Source of the DNA: Lytechinus pictus | Taxonomy: Eukaryota | Direction of reading: 5' to 3' | Assembly: GCF_037042905.1 (NCBI RefSeq) | Contig: NC_087251.1 | Span: 26,786,001 to 26,850,000, forward strand | Length of the DNA stretch: 64,000 nucleotides | Shown here: positions 1 through 13,206 of the stretch, piece by piece | Layout: every line of letters starts with the position of its first letter | How positions within the stretch are numbered: the stretch's first letter is position 1 | The notes under the pieces: model-generated | Databases searched by the model: none | The model's input: the letters and a program-made list of their open reading frames with translations, nothing else | Told to the model about the DNA's origin: nothing | Position numbers and translations under genes: made by a program

Positions 1-557
1 CTATCTTGGGCCATCCTGAATCCTACACATCTTTGTATTGTTAAAATGGCATTAAGTCGTCCATCTGAATATTGGATGCTGCCAAAACATGGTCGTACAA
101 ATACGACCATGATTATGCGCATCATGAATTCGAGCTGAGAAGATTTACAAATATGAATCTACAGAACCATTGTTCTGAAGTAAATTACTTGAATGCATGC
201 TTGAAATCCACGGATGACATAATTCTGTTACCAATGCTAGACAGCGAAGTAGGTTTAGAATAACAACTCGTTTCCATAGTCACCGTCCTATTTTCTGCTT
301 CGGGTTCGATGCTTTTCAAATAACCTTAAGTACTTTTTTATATTTTCAAACAGCCAGAGTCATTACTATTCAATTTTAGAAGTGCTTTTAATGTTGATGT
401 AATATGAGCTACTTTAAGACGCAAATCGGCAACACCTGCGCTACGAGGAGTTATGAAAACAATCGCAAATTTCAGCGTCAGTATTACTTTCACCGGTCCT
501 CAAAAAAGATGAGGGGAATAAAAAGCGGAGGTAAAAAGGTAGTAGAACAGGACTTAC

Positions 558-1282
558 CTGGGAGTTTAGAATGAACGCGTATCGTGTGTGGTTAATACCG
601 CTGGATGCTATCCGGGTAATGGAGAGTATATCCAAAAGTAGAGGTGCAGCTACGCGATGGGTGGTGATGATGTTGGTGATGATAGTAAGGGCAAGGCGCA
701 CATGCAGAGAGCGGAGATGGGCTGCTAACTCCTTAACTATTCCACAAGATCAAACCAAGACAGGTGCAGGCATAAACACACGGTCCTCGAGTTCCAAGGG
801 ATGGAGTTCCTCTCTCCCTCTCTCACCCTTTCTCTTTATCTCTCCCTTGCTGTGTATCTATATCGCTTTATCTTTCCTTATGTCATCCAAGTATCTTTGA
901 AAAGGGCACGGAGATATAGTGTTGTGCACGGCGGGGTTGCCGATGTTGGCAGGGCCGAAGCGGACGAATATAAACCAGGCAGCAGTAATCAAAGAGGGGT
1001 AACTCAACACGTCCTCAGACTAGAAAGAAAGGGAATGGTGCGCGTGCTGATGACGGTACTCGCTGGTTGACGGTCTAACTCTTTCTGATGAAACTAAGTT
1101 TGATGATGCTTGGGTCTTGCTATCTCTTGACGCCCCTCAGCATCCCACCGTTCCAGCTCTGGCGCTTATGCGTCGGTGGACGCGATACCATGCCTGAGAG
1201 CGGCGTGTGCTCCATTTAAAAGCAGCAAAAATAACTCCTCATACTTTCACGCAAACCTGAGCCGACATGGACTCACGTCTCT
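558..1282 (-). other. Probable non-coding first exon (long 5' UTR with uORFs) of an unidentified gene continuing off the left edge
   Basis: Perfect donor CAG|GTAAGT on minus strand at 558/557; GC-richer non-repetitive block; TATATAAG ~30 bp upstream of the block's 5' end; no ATG-initiated frame reaches the donor, only short uORFs (e.g. MVSRPPTHKRQSWNGGMLRGVKR*). 5' boundary approximate. Confidence 0.45.
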
Positions 1283-1304
1283 CTCTCAAACGTGTCCCCT
1301 CTCA

Positions 1305-1314
1305 CTTATATATA
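1305..1314 (-). promoter_or_regulatory. Putative TATA box
   Basis: Minus strand reads GTATATATAAGTG at the 5' edge of the GC-richer block that ends in a splice donor. Confidence 0.35.
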
Positions 1315-3208
1315 CATACTTCTCTCTTTCAAATCCGGCTTAAATCCCTTAATGTTTCCGAAGATTGAATTACAGTCCTATCACGATCACTTACTACGTT
1401 TTACATTCGTGTTGAAGAGAGTCGATAATAGCCGACCTAACATAGCCACTGTAAAATAATACGAGAGAGGTTTATTCAGGTTAAGAACGTGATAATCTAA
1501 CCTAGCAGCTATACTCCCGAGGAATAGTTCGCCCAACATCTGCTTAAAATGTTGTCAAAGTTATTTTCTCAGAGACCCTTTCCCATGCAGTACAAATACC
1601 TTACCCCCGAAGACACAGCTGTATTGCATATAGTATTCACTGAAAACCGCATCTTGTTCTAATTCCTTTTATCCGTATTGGTGACATTTGCAAAGCTGGT
1701 GGTTCATTGAAAGAATTATCCAGTATTTATGAATTTTCAATCTACTTTTTTAATATTTACTCGAGTCTATTTATTTGAAAAAGTTTAGATTCTTCCACTT
1801 TTCGTTTGTAAGTTTGGAAATTATTGGAAAAAATAACACGTTTATTGTTCTTATAAAAAACAAAGGACTGTAAATCAAAGAATATAGCACGTCGTGTAGA
1901 ATTCAAGAGGGTTTCAGTGTTTTAGATTTTTTATGAACCTTACGTGTATGAATAACATGTCATTGGCTTTTACTTCACCATTAGTACACTTTATCACATA
2001 ATACAGAACTCCCATAATTCTATAGTTTTTCCTTTAATGATGATATCCATAGTAACCAATTCTCTAATGAAGATAGAATACGTTCACATCTCATGCTGAT
2101 AACAACAACATGACCTTTGACCCTTCGGTGAACTTTCATCACCCGAAGTCTGTATTTTTGTCTACGATGAGCAATTTGCTAGGTAATGAACTTATTTGAG
2201 GTTTTGAGGCTTGGATTACCCTTGAAAAATTATATGAGCCTTAAGTAAGAGTTATGATTCCCGAGATTCTTTGCTTATACGCCTATCCACCTTTAGGACT
2301 CGACTGAAGACATAACTTTTTTAAATATTGACTGTCACTCTATTCGTGTTTATTAGTCAGAAACATAAAGCAAATTTTTAGTTTCTTCTGCATCTTTGAT
2401 TAGAAAGCCAAATATTGGGATTCTACAAATCCCAGGTGGATTTAATTGGATAAACAATATGGTCAGATTTTTATGTGAAAAGAGCTGTGAAAAGTGGAGT
2501 GTATTGTGAATTTTAAAGATGAGTTAAAAATGTGATTAATGCAGTGTTGAATCAATCATAGCTTACCAGAGCTCACGAAACACAATTTTACAAGACAGGA
2601 ATTCATCCAGACCACAAGAAGGGTAATGAAAAGATTCGCTTTCCCTAAAAGACCATGATCACATCTAAAATATCACTGGAATCGAAACAATTTCCATGAT
2701 CATTTTAGAGCGATGAAACATGAATACGAAGTAATCTTTCTAATGGCATCTAATAACATAGAGATTACGAGGTAGATATTGAGACTAGTTTGATTCGTCG
2801 GGGAGAAATCACAAAAATAGATTTGGAATGCAAAAAATTTTAGGTTCATTATAATCACGTTTAGATTTAAAAAAAAATACATGGAATACTTAGAGATATT
2901 TGTATCGTGTGATTTAAATCACCAAGTCATCGGTCAAAAATCGTTTCTGTTACACTTGAAACTTTTAAGATGACAGTCACGAGAGACACCCAACATTAAA
3001 ACTGAATATCACGAAGTCGGCTGTTAAAGGGAAGTTTACGAAAGGGAGAATGGATGAAAGATTACATGACCGATCAGTTGGGGGAGGGAGAGAAAAGTAT
3101 AACATGATGAAAGCATGATCGAGGCTCCAGTCCAGTCGAACGATTTAAAAAGAGGATGGGAACGCCATTTAAAAGCAAAACAGTAACCGCCTGAACGGAC
3201 CGATTCTT

Positions 3209-3250
3209 TAAAGGACAAGTCCACCCCAACAAAAAGTTGATATCGTTTTG
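3209..3250. mobile_element. Isolated terminus of Kolobok-like MITE family
   Basis: TTAA-AGGACAAGTCCACCCCAACAAAAAGTTGAT matches the TIR of the copies at 17310, 36289 and 48582. Confidence 0.75.
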
Positions 3251-6200
3251 AACACAGTGGCCCAGATGGATTCGTTGTAAATAGAGAAAGAGAGAGGGGC
3301 AGTTTCGTGATATATATAAAGTTCGAAACGTTGTAGACACGCCCTAAAGAATAAAAGTATAAATATATTTTAAAAGAAGAAAGTGAAAGTCAGGGAATTT
3401 GAGAGAGGGAATGTGTTTTGTGGGGGGGGGGGGGGAAATATGGTGGGTGGGTAGTCGGAGCTTATAGAGTACACACCCAAAAGAGGAAAGGAAGACAGTA
3501 ATGAAATTTTACTGATCGTATATGTTTCTCGAGTTCTGATTTAGAAAAAAAAATGGCTGAGATTGAGAGAGGTAGATGGGAAGGTAGAAAGAGATAATTC
3601 TCAACAGATGACCCATGAAAGTCAACACTGTCCACACCAACAATGACGTCATAGATTCTTCTTCATGATGCAGTTAAAGGGCCTTTGTTGCCTTATAGCA
3701 TCTGTGGTGAAGATAATTTTTGCTTTTGACAAAGTCTGAAATTGTTTTTTTTTTCAATAAATTTGTAAGTTTGATGACACTAGAATTTTTCAAAGTACAA
3801 GTTTGGAGTTCTGTAAAAGGGGGGGGGGGGGGGGGGTTATCTGATCAACAGCTCTATGGTTTATGTATTAACCCTATAGGCATAGAATTGATCAACATCG
3901 AGAAGAAGGTGACTATAGTTTTGGTGTAGAGAAGAGGCCTGAGCCTTGATGGCCGATTGAAATACAATGTGCTCTATACAATTGCTTAAACTTTGTAATT
4001 TTTTTATCATACCCGTTATCTATCATGATGATACTTTTTAGATTATCGTTTTGATTATCTTTAATCGCAAATACTAATATTAACGACTGCTTTACAAAAT
4101 GGATTCAAATGGTGTTGTTCAATCGTTTTCATACTTACTCCAACACTTCCCCATCCTACCCCAATTTATCAAATTTTCGCAATGTAATTGGGGGCTCGTT
4201 CACTCACACGGCACGGCACTGACTCCTATTATGACTCGGTCAGTACCTTTAAGAACCCTGATGTTTGACGTACGGCGATGTCTCTATAAATCCCGCGTTT
4301 ATTTATATTGATTTTGATGCGCATTGGACAGCCGCTTGCCCTGGTCTTCGCGGACGTCCATCCAGGCCTGAGAGCAGGGCCTATATCAGATATCAAGAAA
4401 GGTGACGATGGAGATTAGTTCCCGTTTGACAAGATACACTAACGAGAAGGTTCTACCATCCTCCGATAAGCGATGAGATGGGGAGGGTTTGAGTTATGGA
4501 ACGGGATGCGATCCGATGAAACCCGGTCGAATCAGATGACACAGAATGCCGAAATGTCACTGGTGTTTTGTCTATCCCTAAACAACTTTGGCTACGCTTG
4601 CAGAAAATAGCTTTGAATTATTTTCGAAAAAAGATTTGCAACTTTCGATCCGAACAAAACGGGTACACCTACAAACAAACAAACCAACGTCGGTAGTTTT
4701 TTTCTGGATCTAAATTTTTCGTTACGTTTTGTAAACAATGTATATCACTCTCATTGAAGAATGTGCAGTTACCGCAATCATCATGTGTTTAAATGGTTCC
4801 ATTTTAAAACGAAACTGAAATATAAAAAAGCGTTGCAACATAATAGAAAAACACTGTAAATTCAATTCAATTATCACGAGGAAAATTTACAAATTCTTTA
4901 CTCTTTAGGAAATGGTTGCGGGACGGGAATATAATACCGTATGCAAAACCTTAAAGTGAATTAATTTTGGCACAAAGGTGCAAGTTTTTATTATAAGGGG
5001 AATATTTCCTTTGGATACATCTAACATTTTAGATATAATAATCACCATATCAATTCGAACACCATGTGTATACAAATCAGCGTAATGTGCAGAAATCGGT
5101 TATCACTTTTGGCACCAACTAATATTTAATGATATAAATGGATTGATCTAATTCATCTCCCCTATCTAATGAAATTAAGGTCTCAAATGTGTATATTGCA
5201 TTTTACATAAATACTCTCATGAAATCGTGAACATTCTAAAATACATAATCTTATTGTATTTTGCAATAAAAGTAAGAGACAGGTAAAAGAGTAAAATTGC
5301 AAAACAGTACAATACAACGTAAAAACATTATGGGCATTGTCATTGCCAAGTGTCTGCCTCCAGGAAATATTAGACATTCGTGTACATCAAATTAAAATAG
5401 TTACTTAAAAAAATGAACAACTTTTATAGGCATAATGCATTACAGGTAGGTGTGTATAAGGGAGGGTGTATCAAGCACCGGCCGTTCTTCTTTTAATACC
5501 CCCTCTCCCCTTTTCTCTGTCTGTATGTCCGTCTCCCCCTTCTCTCCCCCTCTCTCTCTCTCATCACATTTCTGTGTTTGTCTGGTATGGATTTATCTCA
5601 CTTCCCATCCCCCCCCCACCTCTCCCTCTCATCTCTTGTTCCACTCTCTCTCGCGACAAACACACATATACACAATTATACAGGCAGTCTCGAACAGTTG
5701 GACTCAACATTCGTCATACAGCGACGTCAGATGTTACATCCATGTTCCCAAGACTGAACAAAACAACAATGAAATTCACCTTGTGCCCTCCCCTTTCGGT
5801 TTCATTTTTCAAAATTGTAAATATCACCCACTCAATTTCGTTTATTGACATATCGCAAACATCAAGGAGATCATGTCCACTGTTCTTTTTATTTCTGAAC
5901 AAAACGTACTTTGCCGATATGACTTTTGGGCTCGAGTCCCACCCAAAATTCTTGGATCTATTTCAGATCGCCCCCTGAGCTAATTTCGAATATCACGTGA
6001 ATAATGGATTTTTTAGTTGTTTATAGTTTATAGTTGTTGGCTAAGCCAGATTGAACAAGAATACATGAGAGGACACGAAAACACCCCCCCCCCCCCCCGT
6101 GTAGGAAATCAAATGAAGATAAGAGAAGACTCTCCAAAGTAGATATCAACAAGTATTTGTGGTTATCGGAACAGATGGTCTGTCGAGACGATAACTGATT

Positions 6201-6821
6201 TATATCAATAATCTAAAGAAATTTACAAACAATCTCATAAACCTTTAAATTATTATTATCATATCACTCCAACTTTACTGGAGAATACGAAGTCTCAAAT
6301 CAAGATCACGGCCTGAGAGCTCAAGAATTATAATATGTTTCATGCCTTTAAGTACGAATCCATTTCTTTATTCACCTTACCTATTTATTTTCCTTTATAT
6401 CTATTCACTAATGATTCATTCCATTCGTATTTGCGCACACCAGCACCATTCTGGCTTTTGTTTAGGGGAGGCTGGATAGAACAACAATAAACTGTAAAGC
6501 AATAAATATTTCGTAAACATGATAATGAAGAACTAACACATTAACTACAATCGGAAGACACGATAAAGAGCCATATGGTCATGATGGCTGAATCATAATT
6601 TTGCTATTATGTGTTCGATATAGATGAACTTGGTTAAAATTGTCTTTGGTATAAATTGTGTAAGTATCTAGGAAGGGTGAACGCACTTAATAATGGGTGT
6701 TCGCTGTAAGTTATCACAATCACCCAAAGACTGATGACGACCCTCTTATGCCAAAAGTCATATTGACTGCAGTCACTGCAGTAATGTGACTGAACACAAA
6801 TATCTGACTGATGGTTTCAGC

Positions 6822-7436
6822 TATGGTGGCCCTGATGGGACATCGCAAATAGACCGAATCACGAATATTTGTGGAAGAGCCGTGGAAGAGCCGTGGTGTA
6901 GTGGTTCTGACTCTCGCCTTGTAAACAGAGGGTCGTGTGTTCGAATCCCACCGCGGTCTAGCGTCCTTTGGCAAGGCGTTAATCCACACTTTGCCACTCT
7001 CGACCCAGGTGCTAAATGGGTAGATATTGTATGTTTGATTTTGCCAGCGCCATAATGAGGCTGCGATGAATGCAAGGAATGCTCCCCAGGGAGTGGATAT
7101 TGTGCACTTTTCGTGCGGGATTGAAATGAATCCAATGACCGGGGTAATAATATGCTGTAACGCGCTTTGAGCCATTCAGGGAAAAGCGCTTTATAAAAAA
7201 TTGGCTATAATATTCAAGACGAAATTGGCGACAAAATTCACGACGTCGTCAATTTCGTCGCCAATTTCGTCACGAATTATTCAAGACGTCGCCAATTCGA
7301 ATATTGACGACGAAATCGTGATGAAACTGGCGACATAATTCACGACGAAATTGGCGACGTCGTGAATTTCGTTGACAATTTCGTCGTGAATATTCGAGAT
7401 TTGGACTATTTGCGATGTCCCTTCAGGGCCACCATA
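6822..7436. mobile_element. Non-autonomous TIR element (hAT-like, 6-bp TSD) with internal 12-bp palindromic repeats, interrupted by a SINE
   Basis: TIR TATGGTGGCCCTGATGGGACATCGCAAATAG / CTATTTGCGATGTCCCTTCAGGGCCACCATA; TSD TTCAGC at 6816-6821 and 7437-7442; internal GACGAAATTGGC-like repeats 7215-7390. Confidence 0.8.
6871..7213 (+). mobile_element. tRNA-derived SINE with CORE-like centre and L2-like tail
   Basis: Pol III A box (TGGTGTAGTGG) and B box (GTTCGAATCC); CCTTTGGCAAGG..CCAGGTGCTAAATGGG core; GCGCTTTGAG..AAAGCGCT tail; near-identical copies at 46990 and 39452. Confidence 0.9.
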
Positions 7437-10400
7437 TTCAGCTCCCCCAGAGTAGCTGAAACCTGGGTGGGGGTATATTGTGAATATTGGGGCATTTGAA
7501 GAGCAATGATCAGCATTCATTGGCACTGGACCACTTTCTATTACATTCTCTTTAAAATGAATGAAGATAATTTAAAAGCTCAGCATTCTTTGTTCCCTAC
7601 CAGTTAAGTGAATCAAGATCAATGATATATTTTTTTGTAATTTTGCGATACCATAACGTGACATGATGTCTTTACCTGAATGACCTATGTTGCATGAAAT
7701 ACTTACGTTGATCTCTGATCGATCTGCTTCCCCTAGTTTAGAATGGGTAACAATGATACACCTGTTTACGATAGAGGTTCTATTGAGTATTCTTCAATCA
7801 AAGAAATCAATATCAGAGGCAATATCAATACTGTCTGTGTGTACTCCACTGAGGGATAATAGGCCAAGCTTTTAAAATTATTTACAAATTTTTGTATCAT
7901 ATTTATACACAGTTTATTTGAGTGTGAGTGAATTTTCTAGGCTAATTTTATTTGACAAGTAATAAACTTTCCACTCAGACGAACAACAGGACCTTTAATC
8001 GACAAATATCGAATTCCAACTTAGCTGGTAATGATTAAGAATCTAATTTTACAGATTCTAAAGTGATTTCTGATGAATTAGAATGCTTAAAAATGCAAAA
8101 CCTTATTTTCAGTGATCATTTATTTGATATTTTACATTTCTTTTGATAGATATAATCTTATAAAAGCAGAGGTAAGTTTTGTGAGAACATTAAAAGGGAA
8201 GACCTTAATTACATCAACTGTTACCTTCATTGCAATCCCATGCACGAATGGATGGAGGCATTTTGTTACAAAGTTTTGGCAAATCATTGAGCAAGAAAAA
8301 AAAAACACAAATGAACGCCTGTGTATTAGACAATAGGGGGTGATCCATCAGCGGCCTTGGTCGATTAAATCTACTGTCTCTTGTTTTATTTTAGAAAAAA
8401 ATACTTATTTTTCATTTCCTGTTCAGAATAACCATGAAAGCCTTAATATGTTTGTCTGCTATACTGCCGTCAGCTGCGTAACAAACAATGCAAGATAGAG
8501 GCATATTTTATCGAACCGCTAAAATATAAGGGCAAAATTTTGGGTAAACACACACGTATTTGCAATACGTAAAATTTGCCCGAAAATCAATAGTAGGTAA
8601 AATGATATTGAATATTTTTAAGAGACAAAAAGTAAGGAAGAAATAAAGTGTAGTGGATGAGAGGGTTGTGAAATCAAGCATTGAGGCACCAAACTGGTCT
8701 ATATACTAAACGTATTGCCTTTATAGGCCAAATGAGACACCGTTTTCTCCTCAAACTTTGATTGACATTGTTATTTATTGCAATAATATAATTTTTATTA
8801 GAGGTTTCCAGTTTTTTTTTTTTTTGGGGGGGGGGCTTTACTTTAAACAGTCGCCACCTATCTGCCCTTATAAATAAATGTGAATTTTAATATTTGTATA
8901 CCGGAATCATAATTTTTGCAAGAATGTATTTTAATTTTTATTCATTTTTTTTTGTAGGGGTGGGGGTCATTGTATTTGTTAGCACCCCCCCCCCCCAAAA
9001 AAAAAACAACAGAAGGCTCTAAGGAAAAAAACAGATGAAAAGGAGAATTTTTTAAAAGGGGAAAAAAGGGAAAGGGGGATTGTCTTCAAGAAAAAGCATC
9101 TACAATACAGAATAATCATATTGATGTAATTGATTTATAAATGTATCTAAGAAATTTCCCGACAAAGAATAATACTAACAATCATACAGAAGAAAAATAG
9201 TATGTTTGAATACTTAGGGCCATGCACTCCCATGCATACAACCATATACAGACTGTCTACTAGGATCCATATGTGCCCCCAGCCCCCTTTTTACCCCTAC
9301 ATGAATCATAGGTTGATTCGGCAATTAGCGTCGAACAGGCAGCGTCAGTTAAAGCTTGGTTGAAACTAGAGAACCCCATTAACACCAGTTTTGTGGTTAA
9401 ATACGTGACTTTAATCACGACTTGCACAGCAGCAAGACTCCTGCCTTCTCACTTCTATATTTTTCCTACCATAATTTCAGCTTGACATAAAACAAAAATG
9501 ATTAACGAGGTAGCGATGTTAACATCTTGAATATACGAAACACTTTCGGACCTACAACTGTTAAATTACCTAAAATAAAGATTATCATAATTATCATCAG
9601 GGTGTATATCAGAAAGAATTGCAATATATTTGCTTAGAAAATGATGATTTCAGTAATTCGACCGAGACAAAAAAAATCTGGGGTCAAATCATAGTGAATA
9701 AACTCATTCCACCCCCTTTAATCTTCTAATTAATTGGCCCCGTTTTAATCGCCTTCTCCCCTTCCTTTTCTGTATAGGCTCGAGGAGGAAGTAGGTGGGG
9801 GCGGGGGCTTTGTAATCAAGATCTATTATTGGCATGCTCGGACGAGAAGGTGTCATATAGGCCCCCTTGTTGCACCCTATGTGAAGGCTATAACAATCAG
9901 AATAATTTCCTGTCTGTCAATTTGCATGAGGCTCATGCACTATCATTTCCACAATGTCTATATTACAACGTATTGAAAATGCAGTAATGAAGGAGATGCA
10001 CATAATTATTTATTGTAACATTATCAAAAAGCATTCAAGAAAGATCGAGGACAACGATCGCAAAGGGCAAGGGTATATTAAAGGCTATATTAACTAAGGT
10101 AATTGAGATGGTTTAATAATCAGTAATAATAATAATTATAAATAGATAATGAATTATGAAGATAATAGATTATGAATATAATAAAAATAAATTTGGGTAA
10201 ACAATGATAGATAGACTATATAAATAGTGTAGAATTTGATGGAATCAATCATAAACATATAATTAAACCACACAAAATTAATCAACATTTCAAGTATAAG
10301 AAAATTTATTACATCGTAAAAAGAAAATATGAGCTCATAAGAGCGAGAGAGATAGATGGGGAGATAGAAAGCGATAATAAGAGATTGTAAGAATTAAAGG

Positions 10401-11451
10401 AAATGATGAATCAGAAGGAATAATTGAAATCACAACAGATCGTTGTCCATGTATGTACGAGTAGGATTAAGTATGCATGATACTAGACCGTATATATGAC
10501 ACGAATGATGTGAATAAACATTTATTTTAGATTCGAAAGAATTTAGAATAAAGCCAATTTAGAACGATAAAGAAACCATTGACGTAAAAATAGCGAACAT
10601 GAACTTACCATTTTACTTAATTTTATACCAAATTCTAGGGAATTCATCGGAATCCCAACAAGCACAATGGCCTCATTTCATGGACAACATTCTTCACCTA
10701 TCATTCCTAGTCAATGTGGGCACATATTTAATTAATGTACCCAGATTTGAAGTGAAGAATTTTGGTCATTTTGCTTTGGCGTCTAGTTTTACTTTCATCC
10801 AACTTGCAGTAAATATATCTATCAATCTATATTTTCATCATATTCATATTCGAACAGCAATGTCACGTTCTTATTCAAAGATATGGCGACTTTATATATA
10901 TATATATATATAGAATGGGGGCGTCCCCTACACTCGTAACCCAGGCTTCATGCCATCTGGGAAGGTTGTGGAACTTGTGACAATTAGAATATCTTTCTGC
11001 CATGTTTTGAAGATGAAGAAACTTCTATTCGCAGTACGAAAACCTTGAGCATCATTACATGAACGTTACCCAGATGTAAGTCCCTTGTATATACAACGAG
11101 ATCTGTCAAACCCTATTAACATGGCGACGCATCTCAAGTAAAACTAAATTGAGAAGATAAAGATGACGTCTAACAAGAGCTGTCAGCCTTCGACCTCAGA
11201 TAGGGAATAATCACTTCCCGATGTGGGGGTTGTGGGGGTTGTTTGGGAAGGGGTAATATTGTCTCTATCCTCTTTTTTAAGATTTCGAACAAAACATATT
11301 TTAATAGCTACAGCCCCCCCCAAAAAAAAATAGAAAGAAAGAAAGAAAGAACTAAATGAATAAAGAAAAAAGACAAATAAATACATAAATAAATAAATAG
11401 ATAAATAAATAAAATAAACAAATAAATAAATTAGATAAATAATCAAATACT

Positions 11452-11650
<199 letters not shown>

Positions 11651-11950
11651 ATGAATAAATAGATAAATGAATATATTCAAAAATTAGTTAATTAATAATT
11701 AAAAAATTAGGGGAAAAATCCATGTATAAATTTACTGGGCAATCACCTGGAATATCACAACAGTATTTAGGATGATTTATATATTTTCAATAAAACAATT
11801 TATTTTTCTGATTGTAAATACTTCGCGATATTTTGATCGTCATGTGTCTTTCAAACGATTATTAGCGTCACTAGTGAATTTACAGAACTCCTTGTTTCTA
11901 AAGTTTCATTTTATATTTAATCGAATGTCATCCAGATAATCTAGTATATT

Positions 11951-12043
11951 ATGTGAAATAAATGCAACCTTTTGTTTTGTGTATATTTATATTAGACAAT
12001 TATATAAATATACACAAAACAAAAGATTGCATTTATTTCACAT
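11951..12043. repeat. Inverted repeat/hairpin, ~41-bp arms
   Basis: ATGTGAAATAAATGCAACCTTTTGTTTTGTGTATATTTATA and its reverse complement, 1 mismatch, short spacer. Confidence 0.9.
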
Positions 12044-13100
12044 CACTCACAGTGGCATAGTGAATGAAAAGCTTTCATGAATGAAACATGGCGTTCGGGG
12101 AAAATAACATAAAAATAACTAGAGAGCACCCCTTCCCCCTAAAAAGAAAGGGCAATCGGCCTTCTTGAATTTATTATTTTTGTTTACATGTTTTAACATG
12201 ATATCTAGAAAACATGCTATCTTTACCCTTTCCCTTTCAATTCCACTATTTTCTTTTATTTTCGGTCTTGAAACTTTTAGGACCAGTGCCCCCAAGCCCC
12301 CCACCATCTGTACATGAGTACGTGAGTACGTTAGTAGATTATGTGTGAGAGGGTAAGAAATCGTTTAATGTTTATAATGTTTGTAGGATGAAAACATCTC
12401 AAATTATTGTAAAAGAGAAGATATTTTACAAAAACAGATAAAAACGGTAAACTGCATAGTGAACTTCTAATGATTAGTTGAATGAGTTACGAAAATGGTC
12501 TTTTTATTACGATGCAACAAGTGTAGATAACGGAGCTAGCTACTGATCGTGCTAATCGATTTGTTTTACCTTTTTTATTACACTTGAAACGATTAGCATA
12601 AAGGGTGGCCAATATTTAAAAAAAAATATTCTTATACTAAAATTTAAGAAGAAGCAAATAAGGATTTGGGTTGAACGTATTTCATTTGCAAACTGGGAAT
12701 AGAATGAGTCTACCATACACTCTGCACACTCTAAATTTACTTTTGATTCCTACAATCTGAACGATGCAGCTGGCACAGGCATACTAGCTCATTACCATTT
12801 TCTAAAGAATTACGAAAAAACAAAAACAAATCAATATATCGTTAGTCTGAAAATATCGGGTGTACATGTAGATCCATTATATAGTCTGTTGATTTCGTTG
12901 CTGTACACAGCATTACTATCATTTTTTGTTTGTTTGTTTCTTGGGTGGGCAATTTTTTTTCTCTCATTTTAGAATTGAAAAGAACATATTATTACGTGGA
13001 CTTAAGGGTTAGTAATCAAAATAATAGGTTTCAACATATAAAAATTTCTTATTATTAAATTAGTTTATTTCTGATTACACCTATTTTAAAATTATTTCTA

Positions 13101-13206
<106 letters not shown>

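Noticed and set aside
441..701. 86-aa minus ORF and a His-rich alternative frame
   Set aside because: GTG start with an in-frame stop upstream; the His-rich frame has no ATG and stops before the donor.
6890..6960. tRNA-like sequences (also 27425-27495 and 46990-47070)
   Set aside because: Acceptor stems incomplete and each continues into a SINE body; SINE heads, not tRNA genes.
6720..7175. Similar ORFs recurring at 6.7-7.2, 39.4-39.7 and 46.9-47.3 kb, like a gene family
   Set aside because: Chance frames through copies of one SINE.
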